This document shows positions 35,768 to 47,579 of a stretch of 64,000 nt of DNA, piece after piece. Under the pieces are notes generated by a model that saw nothing but the letters and a program-made list of their open reading frames with translations, ran no database searches and was not told where the DNA came from. Origin of the DNA: Mustelus asterias (Eukaryota); assembly GCF_964213995.1 (NCBI RefSeq), contig NC_135802.1:90086001-90150000 (forward strand), in the 5' to 3' direction. The first letter of the stretch is position 1, and every line of letters starts with the position of its first letter. Both the position numbers and the translations under genes were made by a program.

Positions 35768-37870
35768 GTAAGGTTGTTGGAGGTTAATGTGGACTGTGAC
35801 TCTGCTACATTGTCCTTCCCGAGTGCCGCAGCTAGTTTGTTGCTGTCGGGAGACTCTAAGCGGGTTAAAAGTTACATTGGTTTCGGCATATGGAGAAAAT
35901 TGTCTATATGTTGATCCGTCTGTCAGCCTCCAGAATTTTTTATTTTGCTCTCAGTACCGTGAGCTGCTTCATTTTGGCGATCTATAAACGTGTCGTATTT
36001 CTGATCTCTCAAAATCCTGCCCTCTCCCCCTTTTAAGTCTCAGTGGTGTCGGTGCGAAGTAACATCTTTTTTAATCTTCAGGGTGCACCGCGATTATACA
36101 CAATGTGGCCATTTGTTAATATCGACTGAACAGTTACTGGGTAGCTTGGATTTGTTGTTGATCTTGTTACTGTGCCGGTAGCTAGAACTGTTTGTCAACA
36201 TTGGTGATATCTTGGAAAAAAAAACAAGCCCTTAGGATTAATAACTTTAATCCAACAAACAAAACCCACCGTTCACACTAAACGCGAAAATTCTGTAAAA
36301 ATCCACACGCATAACAGGTGAACAGAACACTCTTGCCCTGTATTTTTTGAAACCTAATCCGCAACCATGCCCAAAATAATAACCTACAGTGGCTGCGTAC
36401 TGCAGCTGTACTAGCTGCTGCACTACAAGCTAACTTTAGTGTGCTCTCTGGGAAAAAATAAATGATTGTTTGCTTGTTTAATGTTAATGCGTGACATTCA
36501 GCAATAACATTTATCAGCAGTGAAATGCTATATGTAACTTGAGCACTGTGCAGTACAGTTCAAAACAAGAAATTGCAGTTTAAAAAACATATAAAATTTA
36601 TATGGTATTTAACTAGCTGGAGCATTTGTGTTATGTTTGCTCACTCCAAGTACAATTAGATTGTGAAAGTACTGTAGAATAAAGGAAATGGGGGAAATTA
36701 TAACTCCATGTGACCTATTACAAACCCATTTTTTTATTTTGGAGGAGGTATGGGGGTTGGTATGGTAAAGGGGGTGGGAGTGTTGGGGGTGGTTTTGGCA
36801 GTGAGAGAATTGAAGGAGGTTGATGTTGCTATGTCATCTTCCTGCAGAAGAGAAGATTGTAATATTTGGAGATGATGTCACCAATATTGCCTTCTCTGCA
36901 CTGTGTGGAGGAGGGGAAGTTTCATAGTGACATCACTGGAACCGCTTTGCTACATGTGCAACAACGTAGCCCTGGTTTAAGATTTAAATTTACATCCATC
37001 ATTTAATTACTTACCTAAAATGCTGTGTACAGAGACAGAATTCCACCCAAGTTCCTGCTACACTTGTCATTAAAATATTCCACTTGTAGCTTACAGAGTA
37101 TTTTCCAGTTATATGATTATATGTTTGAGCAGAGCTAGTTCACTGATGGTGATGATACAGGAGTGGTTCAGTTTTCATAATGTTACCTCCCATGTATATG
37201 TTTTGGGTAGAAATTTCTAATCTGAGCCAGTGACTATGTTTCTCCTACTTGTGTTGATGCATCTATGTTGCCAAGCCTGGTTGGAAGTGAGTGATTGTAA
37301 ACAAGGGGTAAAGGTAGTTTATGTGACAGACTGTCTCTCTGATAACAGTTACAGAAATGGCATCACTTTGTTAATTTCGCCTGAAACGTTATACTTTCCG
37401 CCGTGCAACCGTCTTCTATTAGCTGCTGGATTAACCTGACGTTGCATAACCTTTGTTGTGTGTCTTTTAAAACAGGATCTGGGCCACAATGCACAGTAGC
37501 CTGTTACCCATTTTGAAATTGGCTCCCAACTTCTACTTGGCAGAAAGGGAAGGAATATACATTTACACCTTAAGGAAAATTATAGGGACTTTTATTTTTA
37601 AAGAGTGACATAAGTGCAATTAAAAAATACAATGGGAAGCAGATGAACAGGGCTTTGTGCATGTTAGCTTTTTAAAATCCATTTTCTTGACCTATCCAAA
37701 TATTTAATTAACTGATTCAGCTTGTCGTAAAAACACATTTGGGATATTTATCTACATTAAAGGCACAATCTAAATTTAAGTTACTGTTTTTAGATATTCT
37801 GTAACTCTGTTTCCCGGTGTAAATTCCTCAATCGGGACATTGCAAGTGCAAGATAATGTCCATATGCTTG

Positions 37871-38380
37871 TGGGTGGCATGGTGGCACAGTGTCAGGGAT
37901 GATGTGGAGATGCCGGCGTTGGACTGGGATAAACACAGTAAGAAGTTTAACAACACCAGGTTAAAGTCCAACAGGTTTATTTGGGAGCAAAAGCCACAAA
38001 AGCTTGTGTGGCTTTTGCTACCAAATAAACCTGTTGGACTTTAACCTGGTGGTGTTAAACTTCTTACAGTGTCAGGGACCCAGGTTTGATTCTGGCCTTT
38101 GGTGACTGTGTCGAGTTTGCATGTTCTACCTGTGTCTGTGGATTTTCTCCAGGTGCTCTGATTTCCTCTCTCACTCTTCCAAAGAGGTATAGTTTAAGTG
38201 GATTGGCCATGCTAAATTGTCCATTAGTGTCCAAAGATGTTCAGGTTAGGTGGATTGGCACCAATGTGTGGGTCATGGTGATGGGGTGGGGGAGTGGGCC
38301 TTGTTAGAGTGCTCTTTTGGAGGGTCAGTGCAGACCTAATGGGCTGAATGGCCTCTTTCTGCACTCGGGATTCTATGGGA
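37871..38380 (+). mobile_element. HE1-type SINE interrupted by a fold-back PLE family A insertion (37900-38065)
   Basis: 13-bp TSD ACAGTGTCAGGGA at 37887-37899 and 38066-38078. Confidence 0.88.
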
Positions 38381-39589
38381 TTTATTAAGCCAGTCAAGTT
38401 TGATTTATTGGAAAAGTGCCACCTCTGGTAAAGGGCAGAAGTTGGCAGCTGTACTGAGACACTTTTATAAGGCTCTCAGTTTAACATATGAATCTACTAT
38501 TGTTGGAAACGATCCAAGGTGCAACAATGCAAGTTTTTTAAAAAAAAGTGTTTTTTCTATCAAAAGTTCTAGCACATATGCATACATTTTTCATCTGTTG
38601 AGTGTGGATGTGCATAAAATTAAACCCATAGATGTATCTTTCATGTGGTATTTTAACTAGATTGGCAGAGAAGGATGGCTGGAGATGATAATGCCGAGAT
38701 TACTTCTTCCCCAGTTTTAAAGGGTTTTCCTTTGTTCTGTAAAATCTAAGATATTCTAGATTCTGGTGCTATGATTTATTTCGAGCCAAAAATGTTGTTT
38801 ACTTTATTAGCTTAAGTGGAGCCAGAAAACTGAAACCAGCTAATGACAACATTTTAATATTATTTATTTTCTATTCACAATTTGCAACTGGACTATTTTG
38901 CCCAAATGTGAATGTGACCTATAAGTTGATTTATGAAACAGTACATAGGAGGAAATATGAGTACTCTGCTGCAATGACGTGCTTTTGATTGAACGAGAGT
39001 AAATACTGGTAGTTTGGTCTCACTTTGGGCAATAAGAACTGGACAGCCAGATATTGGATCACATAGAATCTGACTCAAAACATCAGGATCCCTTTCTTTG
39101 GGGTGTTTTGTTCTCCTCACTGTAGAAGGAGACATGGTAATGTAGATTGCCAGTGGAGATTATATAGGCTATTTTGCACAGAAACAGGCCATTTGGCCCA
39201 ATCAGTGTATTCCCATTCCTCTTGTACTTGTACCTCCTGCCATCTTTCCTCCTCATCACCGGACTGGAGGTAGGGATGGTGATAAAGTCCCATTGCAAAA
39301 AAAAGAAAAAATATCTTTTCTGCTTTCGAGCATAACATTTTGCAGATTATGGCATCTAACAGATGCACTCTTATGAATTCTGCTTCGTAGGGGAGTACAT
39401 CTGCTTTTGTTAAATGTTGGTTAGGTGCTGTTTTAAAGGACAAGAACTCTAACAAGTTCGGGCTGAATAAGGCAGATGTTTTTGAGCTGAGGCAAAACAT
39501 TTTGTACAAAAACAAACTGTAATGCCTTGAATGTAGAGAACCATCCCAAATGGAAAACAAAAGGAATGAATGCTAAAATGGTGGGAGAG

Positions 39590-41940
39590 GATGCTGAAGT
39601 GTTTTAAAGTTGGAAGAGGAGAAATGGAGAGACAGTGAGATTTAGGGAGAGAATTTCAGAAAATAGGGCTGAGACAGTTACCAATGGTGGAATGAAAGGG
39701 AGGGCTGAGGGATGCAAACATACCAAGGCCAGAGGACTGATTTTTGGAAGGGAAAGTGAACGAAGTAGGGGAAACAAAGGGTAGGTCAGGAGATGTTAAA
39801 TTATTGCAAAGTTTACATGCAATGGTTTAAGAACCAATGTAGTTCAGTGGTGTACAGAATAGGACTGGTTATCCACCATTGCATTCCGTCAAGTGGGAGT
39901 TTATTGAGATTGAATGATGGGAGGTCAATTGGCAGGGTGAATATGGCAGAATTGAGTCCAGAAGTGATAGGTAGCTGGATAAGGCTTTCAGCAAAGGTGA
40001 GGGAGTTTAGAGGCGGGGTAAATGGTTTCCATGCAGAATAGGAAGTGAAGTTTAACGATCAGCCATGGTTTGAAAGGTTCATCCATGTTTTCCATTGCCA
40101 TATTCAACCTAAGCAATTTGCTAGGAAGTGATTGAGGGTCAGAATGGAAGTGTTTTCATGACAGAAGCCAAAAAATTATGACTGATGATCAGTTGAAGGA
40201 TATTGTGACACAGTGCAAAAAGGGAAGTCTGACAGCCCAGCCCTCTGGGGTTGAGGGAAGTTATGGAAAAGTGGAACTGAGTGTTGGCAGCATATATATG
40301 TAAGCTGACCTGGTGGATGATGTCATTGACAAGTGGCATTTGATGAGGAAGAAGATAGGTCATGGGCATACCCTCGGGGAGCCTGAAATTGACGATAGAA
40401 AAGGAGGAATGAAAACATATAATGGCTGTGTTGGGACATACAGATGGAACCACCAAGCATAGTCACTTGGAGCTGGAGAATGTAAAAGAGGTAATGGGAT
40501 GTTTATACACCACAGGAAGGTCGAGGAGAACAAAAGAATGTTTTTTATCTTTGGCCAATTTGCTCAAATAGAAACAAGAAATTAATTTAATGTCTGTGGA
40601 CTGTGGATTAAAAGATGGTACTATTTTGTAGAAGACCAGGGAAATTTTCTGCACTGTCCTGGCCAATTTTATTTTTTAACCAGTACCTAATGATGGATTA
40701 TCTGGTTATTCTCATAGTACTGTATGTGAACCCAAGTTGGCTTCTGCTTTTCCTAAAGCAACAATGATTGTGCTTCAAAAGTATTTTATTGGTTGCCAAA
40801 CAGCTGGGCACATTCAGAAATAAATGGTGCTATATAAATGCATATATTCTTTTCTCCTTCTGAAAGCAATTAAACAAAAGAGTTTTGAGAGAGATGGATT
40901 TGGATCCTGAAGGTGGAGATGATTCAGGACACTGTGGAGAGGAAAAGAAGGATAGGGATAAGATGGACAAGTCAAATGTAGGGTCACAATGAGAAGGTGA
41001 TGATAGCTGGTTTGAAAATAGAAGCGATGTCATTCAACAAAGGGAGCCATTAGCAGTATCACCAATAATGTGCATTTTAATTAAGCTGTTAACATGCTGA
41101 AATAATCCATGACAGTTTATAGAAAAACTGTAGGGAAAAATCTGACTTCAAAACATGCACTGAGATAGTAGTATGGGTGACCAAATATAGTCAGAGAGGT
41201 AGGAATTGTCGCAAAAGAGGTAGTGAGGTGAAGAGGGTTAGGGAAGGAATTCCAGAGTTTAATTCCCAGACAGCCGAAGGCATTGCTGCATCTTGTTAGG
41301 AAAATGAAGTTGGGGCTTCACACCGGCTACAGTTGGAGCAATGCAGAGTTCCTGGAGAGTTATAAAGATGATGCAGAGGATTACAGAGTTCTGGATGAAT
41401 TTGAATACCTGCTGAGCAGGTAGATCAGTGAATACAGGGTTGAGGAATGAATAGACTTGGTGAAAATTAGGATATGGACAAGGATGTAATAAGTTTATCC
41501 ATAAGCAGGTCATGGATCATGAAAGCTTTGAGAGAGCAAATATTCTAGAATATGATGCAGAAATGAGCAGTGATTGTTACAGCACTAGTGGGGCTGAAAA
41601 GCTAGTGAGATTAAGCTTTGAGAGTGAGAAGAGTAAATGGTTGTTGGAAACTGGGGTATAAAACAATTGGGGTTGTTGCAATAGGCATGCAAGGCAATAC
41701 CAAGAGAGAAGCATAATGAGACAATGTTCAGGAACAATTCTTGCAGGTTTGGGAGATTGAAGAGAAGGTAGGTCAAGCGTAGTATCAAATGGGGAAAGGG
41801 TTCTGTTTGGGAGTATAGTGCGAGACAGGATTGAAGTGAGATGAGTTATGGCTGGAGAAACTGAAGTGAGGAGAGAGCAGATCAGATGGAAACTTTGGTT
41901 CAGGCGGGCTAGCCAATATGCAAACAAGTGGGGTAGATCC
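39590..41940 (-). mobile_element. Ancient L2-type LINE remnants, with a Deu-domain SINE at about 40600-40855 (+)
   Basis: DIIHQVSLHIYAANTQFHFS (YADDTQLY-like) and FVLLDL motifs; heavily decayed. Confidence 0.55.
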
Positions 41941-43107
41941 CATTGATCCCCGCGATCAGAAGCAGCGAGCTAAGTGTGGCAAGGGAGATTCTTTACATAG
42001 GCACTAGTTATCATTTTAATTAAATTGCTGTATTCTTAGATGGATACTTCAGAACCATGTAGTGTGCTTTAAAATTGGCCAGTTATGCATTTTTTGAGAG
42101 CAGAGATTTGTTTAGAACCCTGTCTTGCATGTTATGAAATCCACCTTCACTGATTTGCTATTGATAACTCCCAGTAATCTCTGGGAAGTGACGGAACTCT
42201 TTGGAAGGCTCTAGGTTCCAAGACATTTTATATTCCCTCTGTTGGATATTTTTTATAGTAACAGTTTAAGCTTTGCCTGGAGCCACGTATGCAAATTTGT
42301 ACTTTCTTTAATACACTAAAATAGTACAAAAAAAACTTTAAATACTTGGTAAATTCTGCTCTGTGATTTTTGTTTTAAATTTTATTTCTTTTATTTCATA
42401 AATTTGATGCCGCTACATCAACCATTCCTGTCTCTTCTGCAAAAAGGATCTAAGTGAGTTGCAATCAGTTCCCAATTATCTGATCCCAAACGCTGGATTT
42501 CCAATGAGAAACTGCACATTCAACTTTGAACTGATCATTTCACTTGAGTGACAAAGTTGACTTTTTGATTTCACTGCTCCTTGTGATGGCATGTACAAGG
42601 GTATGCGATAATCCTGTGTCCCACTGAAAAGAGTTTGTGACTGCCTAAAAACAAATGCACAAGTTCAAAATTAAATCTGAAAGGCTAATAGAATTTTCGT
42701 CTCAATGAGGTTAGATTACCAAGTAAGGAAGTTATGCTTCAGTTGTACACAGCACTGGTGTGATTTTATCTGGATTGCTTTTTCCAGTTTTCAGCATCAA
42801 AATCCATGAAACTGATGTTGGCATCGGAGGGAGTACAGTACGTACTCATCAGAATGGCACCAAGGTTTCAAGGGGCAAATCAAAGATGGATTGCATGAAG
42901 TTGCTTTCTATTTCCTTGCATTTAGAAAGTTGAAGGATAATCTAACCAAGGTGTTTAAAATGATATTTGGTGCCGTAATTATCGGGAAGCTATTTCCTCT
43001 GCAGGAAATCCAGAAAAGGGGAGAAAGTCTTAAAATTCCAGCCAGACTGAAGCCAAGGTTAACAGCTTTTTGTTTGGCACGGGCATCAAGGGATATGGAA
43101 TAAAGTT

Positions 43108-45154
43108 ACATAGAACATAGAACAGTACAGCACAGAACAGGCCTTTCGGCCCATGATGTTGTGCCGAGCTTTATCTGAAACCAAGATCAAGCTATCCCAC
43201 TCCCTATCATCCTGGTGTGCTCCATGTGCCCATCCAATAACCGCTTAAATGTTCCTAAAGTGTCTGACTCCACTATCACTGCAGGCAGTCCATTCCACAC
43301 CCCAACCACTCTCTGCGTAAAGAACCTACCTCTGATATCCTTCCTATATCTCCCACCACGAACCCTATAGTTATGCCCCCTTGTAATAGCTCCATCCACC
43401 CGAGGAAATAGTCTTTGAACGTTCACTCTATCTATTGCCCTCATCATTTTATAAACCTCTATTAAGTCTCCCCTCAGCCTCCTCCGCTCCAGAGAGAACA
43501 ACCCTAGCTCCCTCAACCTTTCCTCATAAGACCTACCCTCCAAACCAGGCAGCATCCTGGTAAATCTCCTCTGCACTCTTTCCAGCGCTTCCACATCCTT
43601 CTTATAGTGAGGTGACCAGAACTGCACACAATATTCCAAATGTGATCTCGCCAAGGTCCTGTACAGTTGCAGCATAACCCCACGGCTCTTAAACTCCAAC
43701 CCCCTGTTAATAAAAGCTAACACACTATAGGCCTTCTTCACAGCTCTATCCACTTGAGTGGCAACCTTTAGAGATCTGTGGATATGGACCCCAAGATCTC
43801 TCTGTTCCTCCACAGTCTTCAGAACTCTACCTTTGACCCTGTAATCCACATTTAAATTAGTCCTACCAAAATGAATCACCTCACATTTATCAGGGTTAAA
43901 CTCCATTTGCCATTTTTCAGCCCAGCTTTGCATCCTATCTATGTCTCTTTGCAGCCTACAACAGCCCTCCACCTCATCCACTACTCCACCAATCTTGGTG
44001 TCATCAGCAAATTTACTGATCCACCCTTCAGCCCCGTCCTCTAAGTCATTAATAAAAATCACAAAGAGCAGAGGACCAAGCACTGATCCCTGTGGCACTC
44101 CGCCAGCAACCTGCCTCCAATCCGAAAATTTTCCATCCACCACCACCCTCTGTCTTCGATCAGACAGCCAGTTACCTATCCAATCGGCCAACTTTCCCTC
44201 TATCCCACACCTCCTCACTTTCATCATAAGCCGACCATGGGGGACCTTATCAAACGCCTTACTAAAATCCATGCATATGACATCAATTGCCCTACCTTCA
44301 TCAACACACTTAGTCACCTCCTCAAAAAATTCTATCAAATTTGTGAGGCACGACTTGCCCTTCATGAATCCGTGCTGACTATCCCGGATTAATCCGCATC
44401 TTTCTAAATGGTCATAAATCCCATCCCTAAGGACCTTTTCCATCAATTTACCAACCACCGAAGTAAGACTAACCGGTCTATAATTACCAGGGTCATTTCT
44501 ATTCCCTTTCTTAAACAGAGGAACAACATTCGCCATTCTCCAGTCCTCTGGCACTATCCCCGTGGACAGCGAGGACCCAAAGATCAAAGCCAAAGGCTCT
44601 GCAATCTCATCCCTTGCCTCCCAAAGAATCCTAGGATGCATTTCATCAGGCCCAGGGGACTTATCGACCTTCAGTTTATTCAAAACTGCCAGGACATCCT
44701 CCCTCCGAACATCTATTTCCTCCAGCCTATTAGCCTGTAACACCTTCTCTTCCTCAAAAACATGGCCCCTCTCCTTGATGAACACTGAAGAAAAGTATTC
44801 ATTCATCACCTCGCCTATCTCTACTGACTCCATACACAAGTTCCCACTACTGTCCTTGACCGGCCCTAACCTCACCCTTGTCATTCTTTTATTCCTCACA
44901 TATGAGTAAAAAGCCTTGGGGTTTTCCTTGATCCGACCCGCCAAGGACTTCTCATGTCCCCTCCTAGCTCTCCTAAGCCCCTTTTTCAGCTCATTCCTTG
45001 CTAACTTGTAACCCTCAAACGAGCCATCTGAACCTTGTTTCCTCATCCCTACATAAGCTTCCCTCTTCCTTTTCACAAGACATTCCACCTCTTTCGTGAA
45101 CCATGGTTCCCTCACTTGGCCATTTCCTCCCTGCCTGACAGGGACATACCTATC
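43108..45154 (-). mobile_element. Young 5'-truncated CR1 LINE inside an older CR1 (about 42640-45255, +)
   Basis: Uninterrupted ORF 43187-45115; TTCTATG tandem tail; TSD AAGTT at 43103-43107 and 45155-45159. Confidence 0.97.
43187..45115 (-). CDS. CR1 ORF2 C-terminal 642 aa (complete RT domain, no endonuclease)
   Basis: [29 protein letters not shown] and FADD motifs with no stops. The start is a truncation artefact and expression is not shown. Confidence 0.8.
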   Translation of the reverse strand: MREPWFTKEVECLVKRKREAYVGMRKQGSDGSFEGYKLARNELKKGLRRARRGHEKSLAGRIKENPKAFYSYVRNKRMTRVRLGPVKDSSGNLCMESVEIGEVMNEYFSSVFIKERGHVFEEEKVLQANRLEEIDVRREDVLAVLNKLKVDKSPGPDEMHPRILWEARDEIAEPLALIFGSSLSTGIVPEDWRMANVVPLFKKGNRNDPGNYRPVSLTSVVGKLMEKVLRDGIYDHLERCGLIRDSQHGFMKGKSCLTNLIEFFEEVTKCVDEGRAIDVICMDFSKAFDKVPHGRLMMKVRRCGIEGKLADWIGNWLSDRRQRVVVDGKFSDWRQVAGGVPQGSVLGPLLFVIFINDLEDGAEGWISKFADDTKIGGVVDEVEGCCRLQRDIDRMQSWAEKWQMEFNPDKCEVIHFGRTNLNVDYRVKGRVLKTVEEQRDLGVHIHRSLKVATQVDRAVKKAYSVLAFINRGLEFKSRGVMLQLYRTLARSHLEYCVQFWSPHYKKDVEALERVQRRFTRMLPGLEGRSYEERLRELGLFSLERRRLRGDLIEVYKMMRAIDRVNVQRLFPRVDGAITRGHNYRVRGGRYRKDIRGRFFTQRVVGVWNGLPAVIVESDTLGTFKRLLDGHMEHTRMIGSGIA

Positions 45155-46424
45155 AAGTTGGATAAATGGAATTGAGGTACAGATCAGCCATGATCAAATA
45201 GAATAGTGGCACAAGTTTAAGGGGCTGAATGGCCTACTCCAGTTTCTATCCTTCTAAGACTAAGAGACTGTGTGATCAATCAGATGGATCTCCTTAAGTA
45301 TAACTAACATAGAGTTTCTCGCAATTTGTTCAGATTGCTATTTTCCACTTTTCAGTGCTGTTTCTAAATCATTCCTTCCAAGCAGCCTTCATGTGTGCTA
45401 ACCACCCATACAAATAAATGTCACCAGGCGTTTCTGGAAAGTTGATGGTTTTTGAGGTCTCTATACAATTAACCACTCAATGGTTTGTTTTTGTGTTTTT
45501 TACCCAAATGACTTTATTCAGGGAAATTTTATGGGCAGGATTTTCTGTGACTTGATGCTCTTTATCTTATAGTTTATGGCAGTGCTGGTGCACTGAAAAC
45601 GTTTGCACCCAACAGCATTATAACCTTACAAATGTGATAGAGCATTTCCCTGAAATAGTCATATTTCACCATCTTCTCTAAAATGAGTATTCTGTTTCTG
45701 CTTTAGAAGTGGCTGCTCGATTAGTACAAGATTATGACCACTGACATGGTGATTGAGACTGTTCAAACTTTTTTGTTGAAATGAAAAAAACTTGCATTTA
45801 TATAGCACCGTTCACATCCACCAGATGTTCTAAAGCACTTTGCAGCTAATAACATACTTTCTGATGTTTCATGTTATTTATTATGGTGAAATCCATCCAA
45901 AGGTACTTGTAATGCTATTAGTTTGGGTAGAATTTAAGTGCAGATCATAGAGGTTCAATCATGGTTCTGTTATGCACAAGTATAGCCTAAGTTCATATAT
46001 ATGAGAAATATTTAAATCTGAAAGGGGAGAAGCAAGGTTCATTGGCTTCAACACCGTAAGAAGAATAGATGGTTAACAACGAGGCTTGGTAAGTTTCCTG
46101 TGTTTGTTAACATTGAGATCCTTCAGCCAAATTGATTTCATTTTCCACAAGTAGTTAAGCGATGTGTGGAAAACTAACTAAACAGTCCCATTCATCATAG
46201 TTGGTAGATTATGACTGTGCATTTTTAAAAATAAATCTCCGTTTTCTGTTCCTGCTTGAAATGTAAAATGTTACTGTATTGCCGTGACACCTGGAATATA
46301 TTGTGATGTCCAGACTGATGGATTCTCCTGTTGCTTCAAAGGAGGAGTTGCTTAGCAAGGACACCAATCATTCGCCATCTGGTTGGTGTTGTCTCATATG
46401 TGATGTTAGACCAATTCTTGATTT

Positions 46425-47577
46425 ATAGAGTCAGAGTCATAGAGGTTTACAGCATGGAAACAGGCCCTTCGGCCCAACTTGTCCATGCCACCCTTTCTTT
46501 TTTAAAACCCCTAAGCTAATCCCAATTGCCCGCATTTGGCCCATATCCCTCTATACCCATTGTACCCATGTAACTATCTAAATGCTTTTTAAAAGACAAA
46601 ATTGTACCTGGCTCTACCACTACCTCTGGCATCTTGTTCCAGATACTCACCACCCTCTGTGTGAAAAAATTGCCCCTCTGGACACTTTTGTATCTCTCCC
46701 CTCTCACCTTAAACCTATGCCCTCTAGTTTTAGACTCCCCTATCTTTGGGAAAAGATATTGACTATCTAGCTGATCTGTGCCCCTCATTATTTTATAGAC
46801 CTCTATAAGATCACCCCTCAGCCTCCTACGCTCTAGAGAAAAAAGTCCCAGTCTATCCAGCCTCTCCTTATAACTCAATCCACCAAGTCCCGGTAGCATC
46901 CTAGTAAATCTTTTCTGCACTCTTTCTAGTTTAATAATATACTTTCTGTAATAGGTGACCAGAATTGCACACAGTATTCCAAGTGTGGCCTTACCAATCT
47001 CTTGTACAACTTCAACAAGACATTCCAACTCCTGTATTCAATGTTCTGACCAATGAAACCAAGCATGCCGAATGCCTTCTTCACCACTCTGTCCACGTGT
47101 GACTCCACTTTCAAGGAGTACACGTACCCCTAGATCTCTTTGTTCTGTAACTCTCCCCAACGCCCTACCAGTAACTGAGTAAGCCCTGCCCTGGTTCAAT
47201 CTACCAAAATGCATCACCTCGCATTTGTCTAAATTAAACTCCATCTGCCATTCGTCAGCCCACTGGCCCAATTGATCAAGATCCCGTTGTAATTGGAGAT
47301 AACTTTCTTCACTGTCCACTATGCCACCAATCTTGGTGTCATCTGCAAACTTACTAACCATGCCTCCTATATTCTCATCAAATCATTAATATAAATGACA
47401 AATAACAGTGGACCCAGCACTGATCCCTGAGGCACACCGCTGGTCACAGGCCTCCAGTTTGAAAAACAACTCTCTACAAGCATGTCAAGAAGCCAATTTT
47501 GTATCCAATTAGATACCTCACCCTGGATCCCGTGAGATTTAACCTTTTGCAACAACCTACCATCCGGTACCTTGTAG
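46425..47577 (-). mobile_element. CR1 3' portion (RT to tail)
   Basis: ORF fragments 47367-47555, 47038-47361, 46926-47123 and 46516-47028. Confidence 0.95.
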
Positions 47578-47579
47578 TT

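Larger units (their letters stand above)
34875..35860 (+). promoter_or_regulatory. CpG island / probable AHR promoter and 5' UTR
   Basis: GC- and CpG-rich non-TE tract in an otherwise CpG-depleted window, spanning exon 1. GC boxes (GAGGCGGGG near 35322, CCCCGCCCCC at 35501-35510) and CCAAT near 35437. Confidence 0.8.

Noticed and set aside
34981-36493. GCGTG xenobiotic-response cores near the AHR start (34981, 35576, 36489) suggesting autoregulation
   Set aside because: Only 5-bp cores, none matching TNGCGTG, and expected by chance in CpG-rich DNA.
43941-44909. Antisense ORFs over CR1 RT regions (also 7692-8021 and 24196-24630)
   Set aside because: Shadow frames of the RT coding strand.
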